Origin: Craspedostauros australis
Taxonomy: Eukaryota
Length of the DNA stretch: 64,000 bases
Assembly: GCA_030167865.1 (NCBI GenBank)
Contig: JALAGF010000153.1
Span: forward strand, 1-64,000
Direction: 5' to 3'
Shown: positions 49,626 through 60,100 of the stretch, one piece after another
Position numbering within the stretch: the stretch's first letter is position 1
Layout: the number at the start of each line of letters is the position of its first letter
Made by a program: the position numbers and the translations under genes
The notes under the pieces: model-generated
Database searches by the model: none
Seen by the model: the letters and a program-made list of their open reading frames with translations, nothing else
What the model was told of the DNA's origin: nothing

Positions 49626-51860
49626 ATGAAGGCAGTTTCCAAGGCCGACTGGAGGCCATCAACTGCAGATGGAACCAACGCGGATGAGGCACCGAAGCCA
49701 CCACCTGATTGGGACCGCTGTCATGCGTACAACGCGAGGAAGCGACGGTTCTGTCGCCAACGTCCTCTGCAACTGCGCGTGGCATTGGATTCCAGCAGCG
49801 CCAAAGTCGCATTCTGCTACTGCGGCAACCACCAGCACCTTGCGTTGCAGCAGTCGACGTCGCAACCAAACAGCGATGCCGTCGCCGCAACATCAGCAAA
49901 TGGGTTGCTGAGAAAACGGGTACCATGCCCCATCGATCCATCTCACAGCATCTACGAGGACAAGGTGAAGAAGCACATCAAGAACTGTCCCTTTCTGACC
50001 AAGCAGCGTGAGCAGGAGGCCAAGGATTATTACGTCAAGGGGATGAACCTCGGTGGATACGGCGTGAATATGTGCTACGAGATCACCGATGCGAGCAGCA
50101 CAACAAACACGGCTGAAGCATTGGGAGAGCAGGAAGCATTGCAGTGGGCGCAGCGAGTGGCATTGCGCGTGCTCCAGGTTCATCAACGAATGTTTGCGAA
50201 TGGCGGCGATGCCGTTGGCAATGGCATTGATGCGCCCATCGATCCAACATGCATCACATTCCAAGATATACTCAGCGCGATTAAGATGGAAGACTATTCC
50301 AACATCAGCCTGAACACTTCGCACAGCCCCGACAGCAGCAACAGTGATGCTGATGCGACCATGTCACCAGCGACGGCAGCAACAGCAGCAACAGCAACGA
50401 CGTTAATGCAGGGGCTGGAGCACGATATGGAGTTCTACCGTGTCAGATCAGGCGGTGCACGACATGTTCCGCAACTCGCAAGCCTGGCCGGTCATTTTCA
50501 GCACGTGAGAACGCAATTGCATCGCAGTGGCAACGCCCGTGACGACGATGCACCAACGCCCAAATCAGAATCTATCCGTGCTTCATCACAGCCGCCGCTG
50601 CTTTTGTTGGAAATGGGCGCAGGTCGCGGAATCTTTGGCATCACGGCTGCGGGAATGGCAGCGAAGGACTCCATGGTGGAGTCCCACGACGTTGCAACCC
50701 CCCGAAGCGATCTCAATCAATCGCAGCAGGGCGCAACACAGCACCCCGCGAATGTGCATTTGGCAATGGTGGAGCGCGCAGGGACGCGAGCAAAAGCTGA
50801 AACCATCCTGCGCAACGTGAAGAAGCGCATCGACAAAGCCCAAGGCAACGGGGGTCAAAGACAACAAAAGATGGAGGATAGAATGCAACTGCACCCAACG
50901 CAAAATAACCATCCGACATGCATACGTTTGGACAGAGTCGGATGGTCACGCATCTCCTGCGACATTGCACACGTCAACTTGGAAACGGTTCTCGACAAGC
51001 ACCGAACGGAAACAAATGCCGCCCAAAATCCAAGCGCGAAGCCGACGGTCATCGTCATTGCCAAGCACTTGTGCGGAGTGGGCACCGATCTGGCATTGAA
51101 GGCCATGCAACCCATTGCAACGCACGTCGATGGCTGCGTCTTGGCAACCTGCTGCCACGGGGTATGCAACTGGAATGATTACGTTGGACGCGACTACCTC
51201 CGATCTATCATGGTCGTAACGTCAACTTCAGAAACGGCATCAGCAAATACAAAAACAACAACAGCAGCAGCGCCATCGCTGTCGTCATTTGGTGCGAGGG
51301 AGTTTGACCTGCTCCGAAAGTGGAGCGCGGGCACTGTTGTTGTGGATGCGTCATCCGATGAGAATGGTCAACAACATCCGGGTCCCGAAGAAGCGGATTC
51401 AGAGCATCCGAATGCAGTTTCGCAGTTGGAGGAGAGCGGCGATCCAACAACAGGGCAGAACATGTACACCGGCGTATCAAACATCGTCAAGACGTTGGAT
51501 CTCAAATGCGGAGTCCAAGGCTTGGGTCGAGCCTGCCAGAGGTTGATTGACTACGGTCGACAGCAGTACATGGAGCACGTGCTCTTTGCATCATCAGGAA
51601 GCATTGCTGGCAAGCCAATGATGATGGATGGACTGGAGCAACATGAACTGCAACCCCAACAGAAACGGCAAGAACAGGCGGCGGCGGTGACGGCAGAGGA
51701 GGTACCGCATGATGATGACATGCAACCCACGACGAAACGACCGCGGAAGCAGGATGCGCGGGAAGGAAAGCGCAGTGGCGCCAAGCTGTCCTACTATGTT
51801 CCTGCATCTGTGACTCCGCAGAATGCAGTTCTCGTGGGTGTGCGAAGGCCGTCCACTTGA
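49626..51860 (+). CDS. TRM13: tRNA position-4 2'-O-methyltransferase TRM13 (744 aa)
   Basis: CCCH finger CHAYNARKRRFC...YCGNH; CHHC finger RVPCPIDPSHSIYEDKVKKHIKNC; LEMGAGRG, IAKHLCGVGTDL, ATCCHGVC, VTPQNAVL. Confidence 0.93.
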   Translation: MKAVSKADWRPSTADGTNADEAPKPPPDWDRCHAYNARKRRFCRQRPLQLRVALDSSSAKVAFCYCGNHQHLALQQSTSQPNSDAVAATSANGLLRKRVPCPIDPSHSIYEDKVKKHIKNCPFLTKQREQEAKDYYVKGMNLGGYGVNMCYEITDASSTTNTAEALGEQEALQWAQRVALRVLQVHQRMFANGGDAVGNGIDAPIDPTCITFQDILSAIKMEDYSNISLNTSHSPDSSNSDADATMSPATAATAATATTLMQGLEHDMEFYRVRSGGARHVPQLASLAGHFQHVRTQLHRSGNARDDDAPTPKSESIRASSQPPLLLLEMGAGRGIFGITAAGMAAKDSMVESHDVATPRSDLNQSQQGATQHPANVHLAMVERAGTRAKAETILRNVKKRIDKAQGNGGQRQQKMEDRMQLHPTQNNHPTCIRLDRVGWSRISCDIAHVNLETVLDKHRTETNAAQNPSAKPTVIVIAKHLCGVGTDLALKAMQPIATHVDGCVLATCCHGVCNWNDYVGRDYLRSIMVVTSTSETASANTKTTTAAAPSLSSFGAREFDLLRKWSAGTVVVDASSDENGQQHPGPEEADSEHPNAVSQLEESGDPTTGQNMYTGVSNIVKTLDLKCGVQGLGRACQRLIDYGRQQYMEHVLFASSGSIAGKPMMMDGLEQHELQPQQKRQEQAAAVTAEEVPHDDDMQPTTKRPRKQDAREGKRSGAKLSYYVPASVTPQNAVLVGVRRPST

Positions 51861-51958
51861 AGTTACGAAGATGGCAATCTCCCACTATAGAATAACACTC
51901 TGGAGTACTCATCGTGAATGGGCATCATTAGGAGTACGCATACTCTGTAAACCCCTCT

Positions 51959-52930
51959 CTAAACACCAAAATCCAGGCCCGCTTGCACCAGCTCCCTTCG
52001 TTTTTCGTCGCTCATGGTGGGATCCAGCAGGTACCGCCACATGTCGTAGCTGTAGCTGCTGCGGACGGTCTGCGTGCACACCGGGTGCGTTCTGGACGTG
52101 AAGACGCCATCCATGTGCCCCTTGTAGGTGAACGACGATCGGAACAGACCCGGTATCCACGCGGACTGGATGAGCCGATCACGCAGCTCCTGCTTCGTGC
52201 GCGGCCTCGTCAGCGTTGACGTTCCGTACAGCGCGGTGGATATCGTGGATGCCAACGTTTCCGTGCTGATGTCGATTGGGGCATTCGTGCTGGATTGCTT
52301 TTCGTCGCCCGTCGCAAACTCGGATGACGACGGTTCCAACGAGGTCGTGATGATGGCGATCTTCGATATCCAGCTCGGGAGTTCGTCATCCTCGTCATGG
52401 TAGACGATCGGCTCGAATATCCCCTCGACGTTGGTGGCGTTCGGTAGTTCCATGTCGTTCACAAGCAATCGATCGACCAGGATGTAGAACAGCTCCATGA
52501 GCGTGTAGGTGCCGTTCATGTAGCGTGGAATGCAATGGTCCGCCAACGCCAAGCCGTAATCCTCCGTCCATCCTTGCAACGTTGCAACGAGCACCAAGCA
52601 ACCCGCAGAATTGCAGACGTTGGTCTGATTGAGCAGCTGCGATCGGGGGATGGACTTGAGCTGGCCGTAAATGTGGAAAAGGCCGGCAAATCCGCCGCCG
52701 GGGATGAACAGTGAAGTCGGGACCTCGATCCGTTTCACGTTGCTGCTGTGCGACTTGGACGCCAGCGCAATTGCCACGGCTACAATGACAACAAGGATGA
52801 CCGAACGAAATGGTCTCAGGATGGAAACTCCGGTGCGCAGATCCGTTGGTAGCCCAGCGCCTTCGGCCACTCTCCGCAGATGAGCAGCAGCGCTGCTGCT
52901 TTCGTCTGGTTTCTGATGTGGCTGCCGCAT
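51959..52930 (-). CDS. Membrane-anchored patatin-like phospholipase domain protein (323 aa)
   Basis: N-terminal TM VILVVIVAVAIALA; oxyanion loop PGGGFAG; nucleophile elbow CNSAG; QSAWIP; DGV. Start chosen at ATG 52930. Confidence 0.7.
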   Translation of the reverse strand: MRQPHQKPDESSSAAAHLRRVAEGAGLPTDLRTGVSILRPFRSVILVVIVAVAIALASKSHSSNVKRIEVPTSLFIPGGGFAGLFHIYGQLKSIPRSQLLNQTNVCNSAGCLVLVATLQGWTEDYGLALADHCIPRYMNGTYTLMELFYILVDRLLVNDMELPNATNVEGIFEPIVYHDEDDELPSWISKIAIITTSLEPSSSEFATGDEKQSSTNAPIDISTETLASTISTALYGTSTLTRPRTKQELRDRLIQSAWIPGLFRSSFTYKGHMDGVFTSRTHPVCTQTVRSSYSYDMWRYLLDPTMSDEKRRELVQAGLDFGV

Positions 52931-53672
52931 GCTGCGCTGTTCGTATAGTGTAGGTATGATCCAAGCGGAGATGAATCGACAGTTGTCAGAGTGAACGAGA
53001 ATGTATTTGGATGGAAGGAAGGATGCGGAGAGGATTCGGCAGCCATGGGGACCTATGGCACATCGCTGCTTCCATCCTTCGATCATTGGCATCTGATTAC
53101 GAGAAACCAAATACGTTTGTTCCACCAAAGCGTGAAAGAATTTCACTTGTTCCAAGAACAAAGATGTCCGAAACAAAAACAGCAATGCCTCCTCGGTCTG
53201 GCGGTCGTTCGTGTATGTTGACTGTCGATGTCCAAACAAGCCAACAAACAGACATTTTGTATGTCTGTTTGAACAATTGTCTGCCTGCTCATATCTGACT
53301 GTTTGAAGCAAACTGCGTTTCTTCAGCACTTGCATCCCAATGATCCGATCTGATCTTGCAGAACTAAGCGGAACCAAGTGGAGCTCGTATGGTGTGTATG
53401 ATACCACACCCGCACTTGCACAACTGAGAAGATAAGGATGCCGTCAATCCAACGTTTGTGTAGAGCTGTCCAAGTAACTGTCTCTGGCATGTTTGAATGG
53501 ACAATCTTCGCCGTGGGACGTATCACTTAGTGACGGGCTATCGAAGCCAACGTGGTCTGTTCAAACTAGGATACGGAGGACACACTGAGGTATACAGAAG
53601 GGAAGTGGGAGTGAATGTACTTGTACTGTGCCTGCCCACCTATTATACATGATAGCGTGAGCCTCTTATCTC

Positions 53673-56282
53673 TCAATTAAATCGTATGCAATGCGTGCAG
53701 AAGCGATCCAGCTGCTGACGCGAATGCGACACCATCATGATGGGCACCGCCCTTTCGATCAACGTCCGTTCCACGATCTTCGCTGTTGATTCGTCCAACG
53801 CGCTCATGCTTTCGTCCAACAGCAACACACGTGGTTGCATTGACAGCGCAATCGCCAAGGACATGCGCTGCGCTTCGCCACCGGACAGCGTAGACCATGG
53901 CTGGTCGAATGTGCCCTCCTCCATGCCCCATTTCGTGATGATATCGATCGGCGATTCTTCAGTGTGGTCTTGATGTGATTGTCCTTGTTTTGATGCAGAT
54001 GGATGCTGTGAAGAGCTGTGGACCATCTTGTTCAGAAGCTGTTGGTGCCGTTTCCAACGACAATGGTGTTGAAACCTTGAGATTTCGTCCATGAGCATCC
54101 TGGGCGTTCCTTCGATGGTTGGTCGATTCTGAGACACGAAGCATACCTTCGTTCGGAACTCGGTATTCGAGAGTTCATGAGAATTCACACCATCCAACTG
54201 AACCCAACCATTCGTGCCGCCAGACTCCTCCAGTCCAACAAGCGTCCGCAGCAGTTGGGACTTTCCAGTTCCGGACTTCCCAACTATCCCAATGCGATCG
54301 CCAGTCTGGCATTGGAAGGATGCTGTTGCGTTAGCTCGATGAATATGAAGATTTTGAGCTTGTAATACTGGAGTGGTGGCAGGTGATGGCGAAGTTATCG
54401 TTGATTTGGCACTATCCTCGTGTTTCTGCAGAGCAAAGGCTTGAAGGGTGGTGGTAGGAGTTGTGCTTGGAAGAGTGTCGCCATCTTCTTCATGCTTGTC
54501 TGCTGCATCGTTGTCACTTACGTTGCTGCTTGACGAAGACGATGTCAACGTGGATGACGATGACGCTGATGGTGCTTGTCCATCGTTCCCTTTCCATTGC
54601 AACAAGCCTGATCTCAGTCTGTCGTTGGGACGATCGATGAGGGCGCCTACAGCTGCCCTGACTACGAGCTGGACTGTCGTGCAGGCAGTTGCTGCGATCA
54701 AGAAGTTGATCATGATTTGGTACGCTGCAGCTTGTCGAGGTGACTGTCCTGCCAAGATCTGCCCTGTCATCATGCCAGGGATGTGGACGATGCCTGTGAC
54801 TGCAAGTCCGTTGATGGTGGGCGTCAACGCTGTGAGGAACGTATCCCGAATGAGAGGCAGCGTGGCCTCACCAGATGATGCCCCACGTGCGAGTCGCAGC
54901 TCGACTTCGTCTTGCCTTGTCGCAAACTGCTTGGTCAGGGTGGAGATACCCAGCGCGGATGCAGACAGCGTGTTGCCAAACAGCATCCCGGCCACAGGGA
55001 TCCACGTTCGGGGCTGGAACCACGGCTCGATCACACCCAGCACCTTCAGGAACATCGCCAGCGACAACACCGTGGTGCCGCCGGCCAACACAGACGAGTA
55101 GATGTGGCGTCGGAGCTTCGGGTAGTCATATTGCACACGCGACAGTGCCTCGCGACTTGCGATACATCCGACCCCGACGATCCATGACAACACGAACAGC
55201 GGGTTGGAAGTTCCCATGATACGTTGCAGCACGACGCTGCCGAGCAACGACACTTGCAACGCGCACCGACTTGCTGACAGCAGCAACGATCGTGCCAGCG
55301 ATGGCAGCCCGGAACTCCACAACGGTAGCACAGCAAGTCCTGTCAGCATCGTGGCAGCCGTGGCGAGGTTGCGGATCCCAAGTGCGTTGACGACGATCGT
55401 ATCACTTGCAACGGACGCTGCTTGGAGCGATGGTTCCACCGTGTTCGTTGCTGATGCTGACATTCGTGATGCGAATGGGGCTGCCCAGGAAGGCTGACAT
55501 CGCATCAGCAAAACGAAGCTCAGCACCAACGCGGATCTCACGATGCGTTCCTTGGTCTTCGACGGTCGTGACGGGCTTGCCGGCAGTGACCTTGCTTCTG
55601 TCTGAAGCCGAAGAAGTCTCAGACATATCCTTCTTGCGCTACGTCGATCCTTGCCATGCGGATAATGATCAGACTTATGACCTGTCGTGTGACTAGATCT
55701 ATGACCACAGCATCTTCTGACATGTGGGACCTTGTTATCCGCACCATCATGACGGCCACGCTTCCGAATCCATTGCGGGAAAGTCCAGGAACATTTTCCC
55801 AGTCTGGAACACTTTCGGGATCTGATAAATATGGATATTGCCTTCCTCTCATGGTTCCTGGTGGGTGTTGGATGGGCTGTTGATGTGATGAAAGGGTGCG
55901 CGTTGGCTTGGAGAGAGTGGTGATCAGGATATGCAGAGGCATACCGCAGGCTTGAGGAACACTGATGAAGTTCCCGACGGTTTGGTTGATGATGTCCACG
56001 CGATTGGTGACTGTTCTTTTTGGACAAAATGGGAAGCGCCGAAGCACCTGGAACAACACTAACTAGTTCCAACCGTTTCGCGATGAGAAGCTGATCCACA
56101 AACAAGGACGCGCATGCGAGTACTCCCACGATCACAATCCATCGAGCCCGCCGCATCTTGATCTGGCGTTGACGCTGTTGAAGGCAACGGCGATTGAGCT
56201 GGTTGTGTTGACGTTGCGGCATCTTGCTCGGTGAAAGGGGTGACGCGTGGAAAGTCGTGGTCGGCAGTGTCATCAGCAGCAT
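53673..56282 (-). CDS. Fusion of a UPF0014 (FetB/YbbM/ALS3-like) permease and an ABC ATPase (FetA/YbbL/STAR1-like); start uncertain (56282 or 56222)
   Basis: One uninterrupted ORF. Permease RCALQVSLLG, WFQPRTWIPVAGMLFGN, VELRLARGAS, ALTPTINGLAVTGIVHIPGMMTGQILAG..P.QAAAYQI; ATPase GKSGTGKS, LSGGEAQR, LLLDESMSALD, VSH. Confidence 0.88.
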   Translation of the reverse strand: MLLMTLPTTTFHASPLSPSKMPQRQHNQLNRRCLQQRQRQIKMRRARWIVIVGVLACASLFVDQLLIAKRLELVSVVPGASALPILSKKNSHQSRGHHQPNRRELHQCSSSLRYASAYPDHHSLQANAHPFITSTAHPTPTRNHERKAISIFIRSRKCSRLGKCSWTFPQWIRKRGRHDGADNKVPHVRRCCGHRSSHTTGHKSDHYPHGKDRRSARRICLRLLRLQTEARSLPASPSRPSKTKERIVRSALVLSFVLLMRCQPSWAAPFASRMSASATNTVEPSLQAASVASDTIVVNALGIRNLATAATMLTGLAVLPLWSSGLPSLARSLLLSASRCALQVSLLGSVVLQRIMGTSNPLFVLSWIVGVGCIASREALSRVQYDYPKLRRHIYSSVLAGGTTVLSLAMFLKVLGVIEPWFQPRTWIPVAGMLFGNTLSASALGISTLTKQFATRQDEVELRLARGASSGEATLPLIRDTFLTALTPTINGLAVTGIVHIPGMMTGQILAGQSPRQAAAYQIMINFLIAATACTTVQLVVRAAVGALIDRPNDRLRSGLLQWKGNDGQAPSASSSSTLTSSSSSSNVSDNDAADKHEEDGDTLPSTTPTTTLQAFALQKHEDSAKSTITSPSPATTPVLQAQNLHIHRANATASFQCQTGDRIGIVGKSGTGKSQLLRTLVGLEESGGTNGWVQLDGVNSHELSNTEFRTKVCFVSQNRPTIEGTPRMLMDEISRFQHHCRWKRHQQLLNKMVHSSSQHPSASKQGQSHQDHTEESPIDIITKWGMEEGTFDQPWSTLSGGEAQRMSLAIALSMQPRVLLLDESMSALDESTAKIVERTLIERAVPIMMVSHSRQQLDRFCTHCIRFN

Positions 56283-57111
56283 GTGGGCTCGCGGAGCGCC
56301 TTCTTGGTGGCAGATGGATGTTTCCGTTGTTTTGTTTCGTTGTGATCTGTGACGTTGTGTTGTCTTGTGCGTGCGGAACACGCTGCAGCGGCGTTCTGGT
56401 GTGCAGAATCGTCGATCGTGGACATCAAGGATACGGCTTCGATCTGAGGATTTCAGGCATATTGCAATGTATACATTTAATATCATTTTAAACAATATTT
56501 GATCAACAACTATGTTTTTACCCCTTTAATCATACTTTCCCATACCCCATCTCATACTCGTGATTCGATGAGAACTGTTGGTGCAACAGAAATTGAAACG
56601 TGGTATTGCTTCAATGTGCTCGCCAACACCGCCGAAATTGTGTGCCAACGAAGAAGTCTGTGGAACAACTTGGTGAAGTGTGGCTCGCTTTGTCTCTCAG
56701 TCACGCTCTGCACAGAGACGCCAACACCGACACGAACAGCAGCACCAACGGCGGCTTCAGCACAACCAATCGCAACAGCAATGCCCTGTGCGAGTAGCAC
56801 GCCATCAGCAGCGACGTCCCCCTCCAACATCGTACAAGCAAGAGCGCACCAGCAACAGTAGCAACACCACCCGACACAGCCGCTGTATAGTACCATCGAG
56901 CAACGAAGAGACCGAAGCACGTTTGCTTTCCGACGAGAGCTGTGCCAGTAGGAGATCATTGCTTTTGAAGCGTTGTTGCTGTTGCTCATCCCTTTGCGAA
57001 GTTGCACAATTGCAGATCATCATTTGCCACTCATAAAACCAGCTCGCGCAGCAAGCTCAGCCACAGTAACGACACCACGAAACAGCACACACAAAAACAT
57101 TCCAGCAAGCC

Positions 57112-60100
57112 ATGAACGATCCAACCAAAGGTGACAACACCGAACAGCTGCCCGAAGTGGCCAAGCCAACCACAGCCAACTTCGATGACAAGACTGACAA
57201 GACTGACAACAATGACAAGGACAAGGACAACAAGAAGGATGACAAAGCTGCGGACGCTGGTCCGATGGCGACCATCTCAGAAGTCTTCAGCTTTGCCACT
57301 CCTCCTGAGAAGATCAAGATCTTTGCTGGGCTGATCTGTGCGTCTGTGTCCGGTATCGTGGTGCCCTGTAAGTGATCAGGGAGTGTCGAAACAGGCAGAA
57401 TCGAGTCCGGTGCAAACGTGAATCGACTGGGCGCACGTTGGTGTTGTTCATTGACGCAGCATTCCAATGGCAGTGACGAGCAGACAACGTGAGAACCTGC
57501 ACAAGTCAGTGTTGTTGCCGAGTATTGTACTCTGCAAGTATACGCACACCTCACAGCTGACAGGGCTGAATACCACATGACACCATCTGACATTGCTTCA
57601 ATCTCCACCATCCTATCCAATGAATCATTCGCTTCCCCAACAACCCAATCCAACATGCATGCATTCATGCACACAGCCATGGCGTTCTTCTTCGCCCGCA
57701 TCTTCGAGGATCTTTCCTCCGACCCGTCATCCTCTGACTTTCTCAAGAACATTCGAACGCTGGCCTTCAGTTTCATGATTCTTGGGGTGGTCATCTTTGC
57801 ATCCATGTCGATGCAGGCCGCCCTGTTGGAAACGGTCGCAGGCGAGATGACCAAGAGGATGCAACGCTCTTGGTTCGAAGCTGTGTTGCGCCAGGACATG
57901 GCGTACTTTGACATCAAGGACGTGTCAGGCACCGCCACCATCATCTCCACGAACGGCAAGAAGTTCAAGAAGTACGTCGAATGTGCGTTTGCGTATTAAG
58001 CCTTGCTTGTGTGCTCATCCCGGTTCGATGGCAAGATCATCGTCAGTTGTCTTGTATCTGTTGACAACTAAACCATGTCCATGTTGTTCATCTCCATGCA
58101 TTCACCCGCAACCCATTTCTTACCAATTCAATCAACCAATCAATCCTCCACATCAACACACCGACACACCAACACAATTCATTTTGCTCGCTCATTCGCT
58201 TGTTGCATCCCATTTGACCATCAGAGGAGTCGGAAGGAAGCTCGGAGAAGGCATCCAATACATCGTCACTTTCTTTGGCGGCATCATCTTTGCTTTCGTC
58301 CAAGCTTGGCGTGTCAGTCTGCTTGTTCTTTGCATCGTGCCATTCATGGCCGTCTGCACTGGATTCCTCCTCAAGGTCAACCAGACTGAGACAACTCGCA
58401 AGAATGCTGGATACGCCAAGGTCGGCGCCATCGTATACACAGCCGTCTCATCCATCCGCACCATCCTCTCTTTGAACGCCGTCGAAGACATCGTGAGCGA
58501 GTTCAAGGACGCGACCCAAAAATCATACGAGGCCTCTTCAAGCTTCGTCGTCTGGGTCGGGCTCGCCAATGGATCTGTCATGGGATCCTTCATCTTGGCC
58601 TACATCCCTGTCACTCTCTACGGATCCTTCGTCCTGTACGACAACGTGAAAGACTCCGGTTGCGACCCATCCGGCGGCGTATCTGATAACTTCACCTGCG
58701 ACCCTGGTGCCGCAGGAGTCTTTGGAGCCCTCATGGGTATCACCTTCGCGGGTGCCGTATTGCCCCAGATCTCATCCACCATTGAGGCGTTCACTGGAGC
58801 ACGAGTTGCCTGCTTCCCTGCTCTGGAGGCCATGAACCGCCAAGTCGGGGCTGATGTAGCAGCATCGAAGCAGGAAATGGACGAGAGCAACAAGTCCACT
58901 TCTCATCAGCGCAGAGGCAGCGTGGCGAAGCTCCCAACCTACGTCATCGACTCTTCATCCGATGAAGGTTTGAAACCAGACAAGGTCGTTGGTGACATCG
59001 AGTTCAAAAATGTTGACTTCGCGTACCCAACACGCGACGAGATCAACGTGTTCGACGGATTCTCTTTGAAGATCGAGGCTGGAACAACGGTGGCTCTTGT
59101 CGGGCCCAGGTACGTGGCAGTTTCCTAACCGTGCTGCTTTTCTCGTCGTCACTGTTGCCATCGCAACAACATGACTACCTCCACGTTCGCAATGCGCCAT
59201 CATCACTCCCACACGTACTCACTGGCCTCGTTTCTGATCCGCTTGTTGCGCAATTCAATGTCTCGCTCAAACCGCTCTTCTTGGAACTTGTCAACCTTCG
59301 CCTTCTTTTTCATTCAATTGTTCACTTGTTCGTGCAACAATCAAACCAAACCAAACCAAACCAACGAACTCACGCAAACATAACAGTGGAAGGTAAGTGT
59401 GAATCGAATACGAAGCTGCGCACGCGCCTGTCTGTGGAATCCATCCCCTTTGGCAACTTGTCTGCTCCACGGCTGCTCCTTCCAATCTCACCAAAAAAGT
59501 TTTTGCTCATTTGCCCTTCCTACTCGTCCCTGTTTCCGTCTACTTTGCGAATTGGAAATGGACAGTGGAAAGTCGACGACGGTCCAGCTGATTGAGCGGT
59601 TCTACGACCCCAAGGCTGGTTCCATCACCCTCGATGGCAACGAACTCACCCAACTCAACGTCAAATGGCTCCGCCAACACATGGGGCTCGTAAGCCAGGA
59701 GCCAAAGCTGTTCGCCACAACCATCAAGGAGAACATTTCTGTCGGCATGCCAAATGCAACCATGGCCGACATCGAAGATGCCGCGCGCAAGGCCAATGCG
59801 CACGACTTCATCGTCAGCTTCCCAGATGGGTATGAAACTCAAGTTGGAGACCAGGGAGCGCAGCTCTCCGGAGGTAAGTCAGCCAACCATCCGAAAGTAG
59901 TGTCCTGCTCTGCTTCCACTCGCTTCAATACGGCTCGTTCGCCATGCTCAACTGCACAGTATACACTTGGTTGGCATCTGCCACTTCTTGGAATTCCTCA
60001 CACACGTACCATACATGCACACGCACATGGACACGCACATGGACACGCACATGAACACGCATACGTCTCCTCCACCTCTTCTCCTCCATGTCCCATCTTT

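Noticed and set aside
1192-51860. Three tRNA-related genes (TrmN6-like methyltransferase, AspRS, TRM13) as a functional cluster
   Set aside because: They are 19-25 kb apart with unrelated genes between them, which is compatible with chance
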